From Podarcis muralis (taxonomy: Eukaryota): a DNA stretch of 64,000 nt. How positions within the stretch are numbered: position 1 is the first letter of the stretch; every line of letters starts with the position of its first letter. The position numbers and the translations under genes were made by a program. Under the pieces are notes generated by a model. The model did not search any database. It was not told where the DNA came from and saw only the letters and a program-made list of their open reading frames with translations. Of the stretch, positions 21,079 through 34,081 are shown one piece after another. The stretch is from contig NC_135664.1 of the NCBI RefSeq assembly GCF_964188315.1, positions 28,644,001-28,708,000 on the forward strand, read 5' to 3'.

Positions 21079-22867
21079 GCAGATTTGCACTCCAAATCCC
21101 CCCCCCCTCAAAAAAATATTCCTAGCAGTCACAATCCGCCACACTCTGCTTCTCCTGTCCCTATATTTACCATCTGTTACTATGTTCAGGATAATGTCTA
21201 CTTTGACGTGTCTTTACATATGGAGGCTTCCAGTGTGATTAACAATCCTAATTATCAAGGGCTGTAAGTAACAGCAATGGCAGGGGCAGGCAGTAAGCCA
21301 TCACATTATGGGTGGAGCTAAATGTTCCATTAACACAATTATGCATACACACAGGTAACATGTGAGGAGGGCTTAGGTTGTATAGAGTTCATCATCTCCT
21401 TCAGTCTGGGCTCCGGAGCTTGGGAAGCTTTTATTTCGAACTGCAACGATTACATTTCTTAAATTAGTAAATAAGCCGAAGACCTAAATAACTAGTGTTA
21501 TATTAATCGCATGGCTCACAGCCACATCAGGGGATTTGAACAATTAAATCTTAGAGGTGTGCACAAATTCCATTGAGACTGATGAGAGCTCTTTACTGAC
21601 ATTAATTGCAGTGCAGGGCAGAGGATATTCCATCAGGATGGTGACTGGGGAGCAAAAGCTGAAACTTATCTTTGTGCTGTGGTCAAGATGGAAATAGTTT
21701 TATATGGCTGACCATCAAGAAAATGCCATACACTCAGTAACACACATTGCCCCTCCTGTACCTAGGATTAAATGTTTAAAATCCCCTTGCATGGCTGTGA
21801 GCCATGAAATTAGCCTAACATGTGCTTAAGTCTCCAGACAAGCTTGTTATTAACCAGTGTCTTTTTTAAAAATGAAGAAATCTCAGATCTTTTTCACAAC
21901 TGATGGATGAGGGTAGAGGCTGTGTATATTGTCTCATATTTAGGATTTGCATGAGTACAAGGGAATAAAACAGTAAAGTCAGCTAAACAAATATGAATAA
22001 ACACAAGGCATATCCATATTTCATAACTTTGGCTGCACAAATCAGAATACACGAATTAGCATCTTAGGCTGCAGACCTGAACCCATTTACCTGGGAATGA
22101 GGTCCACTGAAATTTAATGGGTGTTAATATTAATTTTGGAACTTGTTGTTCACTGTGGTCCAAAATCTTGCTTTTTCCAGGCACTCGCATTTTAAGCAAA
22201 TTACTCTTATTTCATGTAAGTCTGGTCAGACTGACCTGTTTGCTTAGATATGCATGAGTGCTGTGATAGAACTAGTAATAAGAATAATTAAGTATAAACG
22301 GTGCCTTTTTGGAGAAAGGTCCTATTCTCTGGAAGGATGCATCTGGGATATAAACATGATTGTTTTATAGGAGAAAGACTGTGATAGCGCCTATGTCAAG
22401 ATAACCTTTGTGCTTTTGAAGGTAATTGCATGCCACAGACATCTGGTTGGCCACTGTGAGAACAGGATGTTGAACTAGCCAGACTATAGGACTGATCCAG
22501 CAGGGCTTTTCTCATTTCACATTAAGTTCTTTACTTAAATTCATTTCACTTTCAAATGTTCAGTTCTGCCTTGAGAAAATAATTCGCTATGCTCCTTTCT
22601 CCATTAACAAATGCCTGTGGCCTGCTGTTTTCAACATGCCCTTATTTTGCTTCCCAGAAACTTGCAAGCAGATGCACCAATTCAAGTATATTGGTAAGTT
22701 TCAATTCAATTGAACTGTAAATGGAACTGAGTGAGCCTAGTAGTGCCATTTGGGTAGTGTGGGAGCTAAGTATTTGCCTGTGAATTGGATGAAACAGAGA
22801 ACCTTTCACGGGCCTTGGGTGGTAGTCAACTAAATTCTACTCTGAGTGGACATACTGTATTTCATGG

Positions 22868-23892
22868 GGATGCGGGTGGCGCTGTGGTCTAAACCACTGA
22901 GCCTCTTGGGCTTGCCAATCAGACGGTTGGCGGTTTAAATCCCTGTGACGGGGTGAGCCCCTGTTGCTCTGTCCCAGTTCCTGCCAAACTAGCAGTTCAA
23001 AAGCATGCCAGTGAAAGTAGATAAACAGGTATCGCTGTGACGGGAAGGTAAACGGTATTTCCATGCACTCTGGTTTCCATCAGAAGCAGTTCAGTCACAC
23101 TGGCCACATGATCCGGAAAGCTATCTGTGGGCAAATGCTGGCTCCCTTGGCCTGAAAGCGAGATGAGTGCCACAATCTCATAGTTGCCTTTGACTGGACT
23201 TAACCGTCCAGGGTCCTTTGTTGTTGTTGTTTAGTCGCTTAGTCGTATCTGACTCTTCATGACCCCATGGACCAGAGCACGCCAGGCACTCCTGTCTTCC
23301 ACTGCCTCCCACAGTTTGGTCAAACTCACATTGGTAGCTTCAAGAACACTGTCCAACCATCTTGTCCTCTGTCGTCCCCTTCTACTTGTGTCTTCAATCT
23401 TTCCCAACATCAGGGTCTTTTCCAGGGAGTCTTCTCTTCTCATGATGTGGCCAAAGTATTCAGGATCTTTCCTTCCAATGAGCACTTGGGGCTGATTTCC
23501 TTAAGAATGGATAGGTTTGATCTTCTTGCAGTCCATGGGACTCTCAAGAGTCTCCTCCAGCACCATAATTCAAAAGCATCAATTATTCAGCGATCAGCCT
23601 TCTTTATGGTCCAGTTCTCACTTCCATACATCACTACTGGGAAAACCATAGCTTTAACTATACGGACCTTTGTCGGCATTAAGATTGCTGGAAGAAATAT
23701 CAACAACCTCAGGTATGCAGATGACACAACCTTGATGGCAGAAAGTGAGGAGGAATGAAAGAACCTTTTAATGAGGGTGAAAGAGGAGAGCACTAAATAT
23801 GGTCTGAAGCTCAACATCAAAAAAACTAAGATCATGGCCACTGGTCCCATCACCTTCTGGCAAATAGAATGGGTCATTTACCTTTTACCTTT
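22868..23892 (+). mobile_element. Sauria-type SINE whose tail is interrupted by a Bov-B insertion
   Basis: SINE body 22868-23219, tail resumes 23871-23892; 15-bp TSD tactgtatttcatgg/tactatatttcatgg brackets the whole composite. Confidence 0.85.
23220..23869 (-). mobile_element. 5'-truncated Bov-B/RTE LINE with 5' inversion
   Basis: 23220-23678 minus: PTKVRIVKAM... to (CAA)n tail; 23675-23869 plus: GIKIAGRNINNLRYADDTTLMAESEE...TGPITFWQIE. Confidence 0.88.
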
Positions 23893-24134
23893 TACTATAT
23901 TTCATGGACCTAACTTAGTCATGTTCATTTATTTCAGTGGGTCTGCTCTGTGTAAAATTTAGTTTCATATTACCCAATGTTTATGGAGAAATAATGGTCC
24001 TAGTAAATATGTTTCTGGTTTTTTTTTTTGTTTTGCACTGCAATCCTACTTGGGAGTAAGCCCAGTTCAACTCAGTGGGGTTTACTGAGCAGACATGTTA
24101 CATATTTTACCTGCTGCAACAGTAAAATATAAAG

Positions 24135-24468
24135 CAGTGGTTCCCAAACTCCCTCTTGGCCCAGACCACTTGAAAATTGCTGATGGTTCTGGCGAACCAC
24201 TTGATTATTTTTCTGCCAGTTGTAGCAATTATAACATGCTGTGCTAGTCACAGTATGATTTTAATTCTTATTCTCATTGTTCCTTTTATTTCTTATGTAT
24301 TGTATTTTATTGCATTGCAACCTGCATTTCACAGAATTCATATTGTAATGCGATGGCAGGAGAAATAAACGAAGCAATAAAAGTACAATTAAAAATCAAT
24401 GAGAAATGAGCACAAGCTGTGGACCACCTGAATGAAGCTTGTGGACCACTGCTGTTTGGGAACTGTTG
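24135..24468. mobile_element. hAT-Charlie-like MITE
   Basis: CAGTGGTTCCCAAA ... TTTGGGAACTGTTG termini; 8-bp TSD atataaag/atatatag. Confidence 0.7.
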
Positions 24469-25134
24469 ATATATAGTGTGATATCTAGTTGTGGCTTTCT
24501 GCTTGCACAACAGACTCCCAGTTATGCAAACAGGATTTCTCTGACCTCTGCTCCCCCAGCATACTTAAAACAGTCACCTTGACTTTCAGTGCCAGTTAAG
24601 AGATTTAGCTATGTCACTGTGATGAAGCTGGAAGCCTTCTTCTGTTTTTTCAGTTAATTATTTATTTTGGCTATACAAGACCAAACTTCGTTTTACAACG
24701 GGAGCATGGATATAATAAAGGTTGACTGGCCTCTTTTCCTGTTTATACTACTGTACTTCTAACTATTTCTACAGTTGCTGTGTCATGCTTTATCCTCGTT
24801 AAGTTGTGCTCCACCCACAGTATTACTCAGCAAAAAATATATATCGACTGCACTGAACATGAGAGAAGCAAGCTGACATGACATCGTTCTTTGGTTGAGC
24901 ATTATAAGTAAGATAAACAAAAATGAAACTGCAAAAGAATATGAAGACACAAGGCTATGTTAATGATATAATACCTTTGAAGAGTCACATTCATGTATGC
25001 ACAAAAAAGAAATAGTTTGCAATTATCCTGTACATTTAAATACTGTAATGTGTAGTTTAGCTCTCTTCTCCCTCACATGCTATTCAGATTAGTTGTTGCA
25101 CCCTAGCAAAATTGCCTGCTGTTATATACTGTAC

Positions 25135-25355
25135 AGGGAACCAGGCAGAGGGCCTTCTCGGTAGTGGCACCTGCTCTGTGGAACACCCTTCCACCAGATG
25201 TCAAAGAGAAAAACAACTACCAGACTTTTAGAAGACATCTGAAGGCAGCCCTGTTTAGGGAAGCTTTTAATGTTTGATGGATTACTGTATTTTAATATTT
25301 TGTTGGAAGCCACCCAGAGTGGCTGGGGAAGCCCAGCCAAATGGGCGGGGTATAA

Positions 25356-25408
<53 letters not shown>
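25135..25408 (+). mobile_element. L2-like LINE 3' end with (TAT)n tail
   Basis: ...ggaagccacccagagtggctgggg...gggcggggtataaat(tat)n; same family as 58290-58400 and 60004-60190. Confidence 0.75.
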
Positions 25409-25409
<1 letters not shown>

Positions 25410-26480
25410 CCTGCCTGATAAATTTCTGGTTTATGATGCCAGCATGTAATTTATATTGAAGATTTACAGGGCATTTTAAGGAACATAACCCAACCCCCCC
25501 ATTTCCTTCTTGAGATCATCAGGAAGGATTGTTTTCATAGATAATACTCCTTAATAGGAGAAAGAGTGAATATTCTACAACAGTGGGTAGATAGAGTTGT
25601 AGAGTTGGAAGGGACCACAAAGGTCATCTAGTCTAACTCTCTGCAATGCAGGAATTTTTTGCCCATCATGGGGCTTGAACCCTGAGATTAAGAATATCAT
25701 TAAGAGTGTCGTGCTCTGCTGGCAGAGCTATCCAGCAGCAGGTAGATTTCCTGATCAAGTATATCAAATACATAAACAAAATAACGTTATAACTTTATAA
25801 AGTGCTTGTGATTCACCTTGTTATTAAATGAAGGATTTCCCTTTTATATACATCCCTCCCCCACCTATTAAACCTCTTTAGTGTAGGGATTATTTATTTC
25901 TATTCTTAGTTTTTAAGGGTTTGAGATAGCAATTAAAAAAACAATCAAATGCACAATGGGTTATGTTAGAGGAAAGAGCAGAGGAATAGTCGAAGAGGAA
26001 TGTACTAACATAAATAATATTTTTTACAGAAGAACAGAATCATATGGATGTTAATGCTGATATACTCTGCAGAAATAACAGTGGGAATATTGATCCTTTG
26101 ATGTGCTGGTACAGAAAGCATCTCCAATGTATGAAGAGCATTGGACTACTGTAGAGTTTGTGTAGTGTTTGAACATCACCTTTTGAAGCTGTATAGTTCA
26201 GACTTTGTGGAGATTCTATCTAGAAAGACCATGGAGGCTGTTAGGGGAAAGCTGTGTGTCAGGGATACTGAGCTCTATGCTACTTCCAGTCACTATCAAT
26301 AGTATGCAGGGGTGATAAGGTCATGACCTGCACATGAGGTTAAAAAGAGATTATGTAACAGGAAAAAATATATCTATTTGCACAACTGTTATTTATGTGT
26401 TTACACTGGGGGTATCTTGGGTCTGCTTCCTATATTTATGCTTTTCTTACATGCAGAACACCTTTCTTTGCAGGCTAGAC

Positions 26481-26615
26481 CAGGCATAGGCAAACTCAGC
26501 CCTTCAGATGTTTTGGGACTACAACTCCCATCATCCCTAGCTAACAGGACCAGTGGTCAGGGATGATGGGAATTGTAGTCTCAAAACATCTGGAGGTTGA
26601 GTTTGCCTCTGCCTG
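26481..26615. mobile_element. hAT-type MITE
   Basis: TIR CAGGCATAGGCAAACTC; perfect 8-bp TSD GGCTAGAC. Confidence 0.9.
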
Positions 26616-26934
26616 GGCTAGACCATGAGGTGGTTTCAGGTGACATGGTTTGCCCAGGTATGTAACCAGTCTACACCGTCTCTCATAGTCCAGGGGATCT
26701 AAACCCACCACCCATCACGAATCACTCAAACACTGCTGTGGGTTGTGGTGGGCCACTTCCAGATTTTTTCTGCCCATTGTTGCAATTGCAATGTGCTGTG
26801 CTGGACACTATAGGAATCATAGAACTGTAGACTTGGAAAGGACCCCAAGAGTCACCTAACCCAACCCCCCATTTTTAATTGTGTTTTATTGCTTCTTTCC
26901 CCCTTATATATTGAATTTCATAGACTACGTAGAA

Positions 26935-27068
26935 ATGTAGCATTGGAAGGGACCCTGAGGATCATCTAGTCCAACCCCTTGCAATGCAGGAATATGCAGC
27001 TGTCCTATAGGGGATTGAACTTGCAACCTTGGCATCATCAGCAGCACGCTCTAAGCAACTGAGCTATC
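26935..27068 (-). mobile_element. Short tRNA-derived SINE with CR1-like tail
   Basis: Head TAGCTCAGTTGCTTAGAGCG...GTTCAATCCCC then CR1 3' sequence; related copies ~25595-25740 (-) and ~55078-55200 (+). Confidence 0.7.
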
Positions 27069-28940
27069 TAGGCTGGCAGGATAGACAGGAGACAATATAA
27101 GGAATAAAAAAAGCAAATAAATACAATTAACAGTCCATCTGAATGTTTAACACAGTGGATGTGATGTCTCCCATCTTCAGCCAGAAATCTACAGACTTGT
27201 TGTGGGCCACCTGAATGAAGCTTGCAGATCACTGGTGGTCTGTGGACCACAGTCTGGGGAACCCAGTGCTACTCCATATGACAGGGAGGAGATAGCAGGG
27301 GAGGGGTTAGCACGGATGTCAAATAAAAACTGAAAATTTGTTGTGAACATTCAAATCAATAACGTTGTGAAGGCTCCTCAGAGGAACAACAGGGAAGGAG
27401 TAGGGTGAGAACAGCAAGAAAGTTATTTCTTTGGGGATTAAATATCATAAATTCAAAGACTGGCAATAGAGATCTAGACAAGGAAATGTGTCAATACCTT
27501 GCCGAAAGTAATGAGTGAAAACGTTTGGACTCGCCCAAAGTGTAAGAACATAGTACTGTAAAATACAATCAGTGAGATATATACTGACTCTGTTGCACAA
27601 TTGGCCAGTCATTTCCTGCATGCTTTGGTCTTGTGGGAATTTGGGGGTAGTTAGAGCAGTTAGGTTTGTTTGATTACATGCTATATATGTCCTTATTCCA
27701 GAACATCATGTTCCATAGAACATACTGCTTACCCCATAAATCTACACTCTGTTTTTCCATGGCTGATCCACTGCTTAATATAGACTAGGAATGGGTGGAT
27801 TTAGCCAAGGGATTTTTGCACAGTAATCTGTCCCATTTGATAGCTGGAGTAAAAGGTCCTACAAAATTTTGGTAGACTGTTGGATTCCAAAAGGGATATG
27901 TACTAGAATCAGTCTGTGGCTCAGTCTCAGTATAAGTCAGTAGATATCATCACAGGCATTTTACATGTTCATACACATTGAGTGCATACACACACACATA
28001 TCTTTAAAAAAACAAATATTCAAATGGTACAATTGAACAATTAGCAGATTACATGCAGAGTGGGAGATTTCATTGCATTCAGTTTTGCAGAAAAATGAGT
28101 GTTCATACCTTAAGCATTCATCTTTAATGCCCAATTTTGGCTTGGGCTGAATTTCATTGGATTGGCTCATCAGAGTAAGGAAATCATATTCCAGAATAAA
28201 GTATTTTAAGTAAACAGATAAGCAAAGAGCAAACCAGCTTGGTATTTTATGACATCATTTAATAGTATAAATATAAACTTGTGAGGGAAGCAGGAGGGAA
28301 TTGGGTTTTGGTTCTTTATAATGTAGACACAAAATCTTTGGGTGGTGTCTCACTAGGTCATATGGTGTGACATTCGATATCACCCACAAACTATATTTAA
28401 TTTTCTAAAATAAGGCACTTCTTGTGTTGGGGAACTTTGCAGTCCTTTGTAAGAAAAGGAAGTGGTCAAGTTCAGTTAACTAGCTATCCATTTACTGAAA
28501 TGAATATACAAAATCATGTGTACATAACCATGGAGTTTAATAGATGACAAATTCCACAGTGAACTGCACTCTAATTGTAAAGTCATACCTGTTTTGCAGG
28601 TAGACCTCTAACCAGTCTGGTATCACTTCATTTGCTTCCATGCTTTTATAATGGTCAAAGGTTCCTTTCAGCTTGCCATATTTGTGCATTCATTGTTAAC
28701 ATATATTGGGTTATGCACTGACAACCTTAAGAGTTTATTGTGCACTGGAATTTTGCACTAAATTTTCTAATAAAGATGCATCCAATATCAGTTTCTGAGC
28801 TTTGAAAACCACACTTGCATTATAGATAGAACCCTCCTTAAAGTTTCTGTTTTGCAGATGGGAACATGAGTCTGATATATTGTAACTTCCCGCTATGGAA
28901 CAGGGGAGAGCTGGGTTTTGAATGCAGCTATTTTAAGTTC

Positions 28941-29283
28941 TTTGTCCATGGAGTCCCATGGACTGCAAGAAGATCAAACCTATCCATTCTGAAGGAAATC
29001 AGCCCTGAGTGCTCACTGGAAGGACAGATTGTGAAGCTGAGGCTCCAATACTTTGGCCACCTCATGAGAAGAGAAGACTCCCTGGAAAAGACCCTGATGT
29101 TGGGAAAGATTGAGGGCGCTACGAGAAGGGGACGACAGAGGATGAGATGGTTGGACAGTGTTCTCAAAGCTACCAGCATGAGTTTGACCAAACTGCGGGA
29201 GGCAGTGGAAGACAGAAGTGCCTGGCGTGCTCTGGTCCATGGGGTCACGAAGAGTTGGACATGACTAAACGACAACAACAACA
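28941..29283 (+). mobile_element. Bov-B/RTE 3' fragment
   Basis: ORF end ...EDRSAWRALVHGVTKS, (CAA)n tail, TSD TTTTAAGTTC (28931-28940, 29284-29293). Confidence 0.9.
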
Positions 29284-29512
29284 TTTTAAGTTCAGCCAGA
29301 AGAGTTTATCTGCTTGGCTTAACTACCTATAATTGCTTTGTATGAGCAAAGTATTAAACAATGGTTTGCTATCGTGATGTTTGCTTTTAGAAGTTTGAGC
29401 AGTGCCTTGTCCCCCCGCCCTGCTTGTTGTTGAGAGGCTGCCAGTTTCAAGTGGGATGTTGGAGCAGCACAATATTGCAAACCATGTTGTATGCAGCATA
29501 ATGCAGACTGAC

Positions 29513-29690
29513 AGGGAAGGGCTTTAGTTCAGTGGCACAGCATCTGTCTCGCATGCAGAAGAAGCACCCAGATTCCATCCCCAGCATCTCTGGGTTGTTT
29601 TGAGAAAGTTTTCTACCTGAAAACCTGGAGAGCCACTGCTACTCAGTGTAGACAATACCGAACTAGAGGGATCAATCGTCTATGGTTGCC
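29513..29690 (+). mobile_element. Old tRNA-derived SINE (degenerate)
   Basis: Head gctttagttcagtggcacagcatctg...gcatgcagaag; related fragments ~52950-53015 (-) and ~22440-22510. Confidence 0.5.
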
Positions 29691-30065
29691 ATATGTCCTC
29701 TTTTTCCAGGATGCACCCTCTTTTTCATGGGTAGAGTCATCATAGCAATCCATAGTTAAAAGTAGAAGTCAGTAAATGCTTCCTCTTTTTTGCTCTTCAA
29801 AATATGGCAACCCTAAGTTTGCTCCTATGCAATTTGATAAGGAAGTGTGAGAGTAAGGCTCATCTAAGAAAGAGCTGGGCTGGAAGGTTTAAGGAAGGAG
29901 TGAAGGGGTTTGGACAGAGCAGAAACAGCAAAAGATGTAAGGTTGATCGTGATAGAGGTCTGCTGCTGCCACATTCACACAATACATGTAAACCACTGTG
30001 ATGCCGTTTGAAGCAATCACGGCTTCCCCCAGAGAATTCTGGGAGCTGTAGTTTGTTAGGGATAA

Positions 30066-30255
30066 AAAGGTAAAGGGACCCCTGGCCGACTCTGGGGTTG
30101 CATCGCTCATCTTGTTTTACTGGCCGAGGGAGCCGGCGTACAGCTTCCGGGTCATGTGGCCAGCATGACTAAGCCGCTTCTGGCGAACCAGAGCAGCGCA
30201 CGGAAATGCCGTTTACCTTCCCGCCAGAGCGGTACCTATTTATCTACTTGCACTG
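30066..30255 (-). mobile_element. Sauria-type SINE, 5'-truncated
   Basis: Reverse complement matches the 3' half of the other copies, including the (ACCTTT) tail. Confidence 0.88.
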
Positions 30256-32294
30256 AGAGTTATTTGGAAACCTCTCACCCAAGATATGATTCCCGGAGTG
30301 GTTTAACAATCCATTCCTCCTTCCAAGGAACTCTGGGAATTGTAGCTCTGTTAGAGAAAGAGGAGTTTCCTAACAAACTGCAGCTCCCAGAATTATCTGG
30401 GGGAAGCAATGACTGTTTTGAGTGGCTTCTTAGAGCTTTAAATATATGGTGTGAATGTGACCACAGAAACATAACATTGTGGAGTTGGAAGAGACCCCAA
30501 GGGCCACCTAGCTTAACTTCCTGCAGCACAAGAATCACAGCTGAAAAATCCCTGACAGATGGTACATTTACATGGTGTGAATGTGGCCTATGTTAAAACT
30601 AAATAAAACATTAGTTGTTGGCTTACAGCAGTTTCCAGCTTTCTTCACTAATGGCACAAGGAACAGCATAAGAAAGAGTCAAAATATTTTTATCATGGTA
30701 TCAGCTGGCTCCAACTTACTACACAAAGCACTGAATCAAATTGCTCAGTTGGCAGAAGAATCATTGTGTTTATATTCCCCCTCAGCAATCACATTGGTCT
30801 GCTATCAGGTCACCTGGACCCAGCAGGCCATTTTGACACTGTTTTGTTTCCCAAGGCTCTTAGTGAATCATTGCAATAAAGTTGTAGCCTTTTAACCCAG
30901 CAGAAGCTTTGTTATTTTTCTTGTAGTGTGCACCCGGTAGCAGACAAACATACCATGAAAACTAAAATAAAATGGAACGGCCCAGTTCACACCAGTGCTC
31001 AGCTGGGGGGGATTTTATACAAACTCTCAAAACACACCCCTTTTCAAGAGGAAGCAGCCGATACTGGTAAGTGCTTAAGTGAAAGAAATATGTATTCAAA
31101 AAAGGAAGAGAAAGGTGTGTGAAAAGCAGAGCACATGGTGTTGTAAACCCCAGGCCACTTTAAATTTTTTTTTTAAATTGCAGGAAATGATTCATAAGCG
31201 AAGTATGTGTACAGTAAATGCTTTGAGTACAAAAAGTCCTAATAACTGAGTGAAAGCAAAGGAAGTGTAGTAATATAAGAATTCAATTATGTAATGCTCC
31301 CTCCCTTTTTTTACTATACATACAGGGTTGTTTTTTCTAGTACGTCAAAGACGGACCATGCTACACCTTGCCAGACACAAAAATACAATATTGCATCAAC
31401 TTTACAATACTTCCTTAGGGAAAAGTATGTTTTTGGAAAGGTGTTGAACAACTCTATAAAACAAATGAAAGTAAAGAAATACATGTATTTGATTGTAAGA
31501 TTTTTGCATATTGTAGAGTGTGTGTTTTTATGTCTAGGCAATTTATAATTGGATGGCATTATGTCTCGTGGTAAATATATTTGAAAAAAGCAAACCTGTT
31601 TAGGATTTTATTTTGTCTACTGTCAAAGTGGGCTCCCTAACATAGCAAAGAATTGGGTGCTCTGTGCAGTATTGTTAATCTCATCGAACCCTGACCTTAT
31701 ATTCCTCACAAACACAAGTTGGCAGAGTCTTCGCCTTTGTATAATTTTTGAAGATCAAAGTGTCTCTGAAGTGTAATCTGGAGATATGTACAAAAAACCA
31801 AAACAAAACCGCAAAACAAAAAAACAGCTCGAGATCACACCACAAGGCCTGGTCTCATTAAGTCAGGCTGGTTAAAGTTGCATGAATGGATGAAGGAATG
31901 AGAGCATAAGGCTGCAATGTGATACCTGCACATAACTTCTGTTGATTTCCGTGGGATTTAAGCATGCCTGTTTCTGGGATAGTAGCCAATACCTATAAGG
32001 TTTACTCACAAACCAAGATTTGCAACATTCTGCTCTTCACAGCGCTTTTACAATCTATCACTAACAGACCCCACTGGGACGATGATACACCATTTTAGTT
32101 GCAGTTTTACATGATAACATTGTAACGAAATGAATTGGAAAGGATTGGTATTTTCTAGTACGCAGTAGGTGAATACGGTATTTAGCTTAGTGAACATTGC
32201 AACAGTGTATTATTGGAAGGGAAGCTAGGGTTATATCCTATGTCCCAGGAGTGGAGAATCTGAGGCTTTCTCCATCAACCCCAGTCAGCACGGC

Positions 32295-33096
32295 CAGTGC
32301 CAGATTTACGTATAAGCTAAACAAGCTATAGCTTAGGGCCCCACTCTCTTGGGGACCCCAAAAAATTTAAAGGGAAAAAAACCTGGATGTATGTTTCCAA
32401 AATATAAGATAAAAAACAAAATAAAACCTACATAACAGCAACAGTGACTCTTGAGAGTCCCATGGACTGCAAGAAGATCAAACCTATCCATTCTGAAGGA
32501 TATCAGCCCTGAGTGCTCACTGGAAGGACAGATCGTGAAGCTGAGGCTCCAATACTTTGGACACCTCATGAGAAGAGAAGACTCCCTAGATAAGACCCTG
32601 ATGTTGGGAAAGATGGAGGGCACAAGGAGAAGGGGACGGCAGAGGACGAGATGGTTGAACAGTGTTCTCGAAGCTACTAGCATGAGTTTGACCAAACTGC
32701 GGGAGGCAGTGGAAGACAGGAGTGCCTGACGTGCTCTGGTCCATGGGGTCATGAAGAGTCGGACACGACTAAACAACAACAACAACAGCAACAACAGTGT
32801 TTTGTGTTGTGTAGGCTTCTATGATGTAAACAATGTGCCCCACCTGCTAGCCTGCTCCCTAAAATACCACTGGTTTGCTCCTTTCTATATATAGGGTGCC
32901 TACATTCTGCATGGACTGGTTGCATGGCAGCATGGGCAAATGGCTTTAGATACCCATTAGGCCAATAAATTACCATATAGCATATATTCAACACAAAAAC
33001 AGTGACAATTTGTTGTTGACAAAGGCCAGCTGGACATATAAAGGGCCCCATTACCTTCAGTAGCTTAGGGCCCCATCAAACCTAAATGCGGCCCTA
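32295..33096. mobile_element. hAT-like non-autonomous element, inserted in a MITE and itself interrupted by Bov-B
   Basis: Termini CAGTGCCAGATTTA / TAAATGCGGCCCTA; subterminal TAGCTTAGGGCCCCA at both ends. Confidence 0.6.
32447..32791 (+). mobile_element. Bov-B/RTE 3' fragment
   Basis: RVPWTARRSNLSILKDISPECSLEG... with (CAA)n tail, flanked by CAACAGTG duplication. Confidence 0.9.
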
Positions 33097-33834
33097 GGCA
33101 CAGGCAATGATGAGCAGTGATGGGAGCTGTGGTCCAGCAACATTTGGATGGCCACAGGTTTCCTGTCTCTGTAACAGGAACAACAATAACAATAACAAGC
33201 CCATTATCCAAGTGCAGATTCTTACGTAGCCATAATTGGACCATCCAAGCAGAAGAGGGAAGTATCAGTGGGCTTGGGGAATCCCCAACATTTGCAGAAG
33301 TACACTTTAAAAGAAAGAAAGAAAAGAAAACTCTAAAACAGCTGTATGAGAACTGACCTTGTTTGGTGGACATAGAATGTAGACTGATAGGGAAAGGGAC
33401 CCAGCCTGAAAACCAGGGGGGCAATGGAATGGAATATCCTGGGAAAGGACATGACTGGCTGGAACTCAGAACAGCAGCACTCTGCATTCTCCCAGCTGAG
33501 ATCAGACAGGCCTCCTCCTAACTGAATTCCCAGCACCTAGGGAAGGAATACCTTTTTATTTTAGCAAGCATTTTAGGAAGATTCCTTATTTTATGGTTGG
33601 TTTTCACTGATGTTTTGTCTTTTAAATCTGACTGTGCACTGCTTAGAGACTCCAATGTTAAGTTGGTTGAAGTGAATGATTGTAAAGAGTTGGTCAGAAC
33701 TTTATTATGAAAAGCTAGTCAAAAGTACTTTTACTTTTCTTTGTGATGTGGATTCTTTTTGTGTGTGTAAGTAGCTTCACATGCTGTGTAGACATGGTAT
33801 TCATTTCTCATCTAGCTTTTTTATTATCTTACTA

Positions 33835-34081
33835 CAGTGGTACCTCGGGTTACATGCGCTTCAGGTTACGGTACATACGCTTCAGGTTACAGACTCCACT
33901 AACCCAGAAATAGTGCTTCAGGTTAAGAACTTTGCTTCAGGATGAGAACAGAAATCGTGCTCTGGCGGCGTGGTGGCAGCAGGAGGCCCCATTAGCTAAA
34001 GTGGTGCTTCAGGTTAAGAACAGTTTCAGGTTAAGTACGGGCCTCCGGAACGAATTAAGTGCTTAACCTGAGGTACCACTG
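33835..34081. mobile_element. Tc1/mariner (Tigger/pogo-like) MITE
   Basis: TIR CAGTGGTACCTCGGGTTA (17/18), TA TSD, internal CTTCAGGTTA repeats. Confidence 0.88.
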
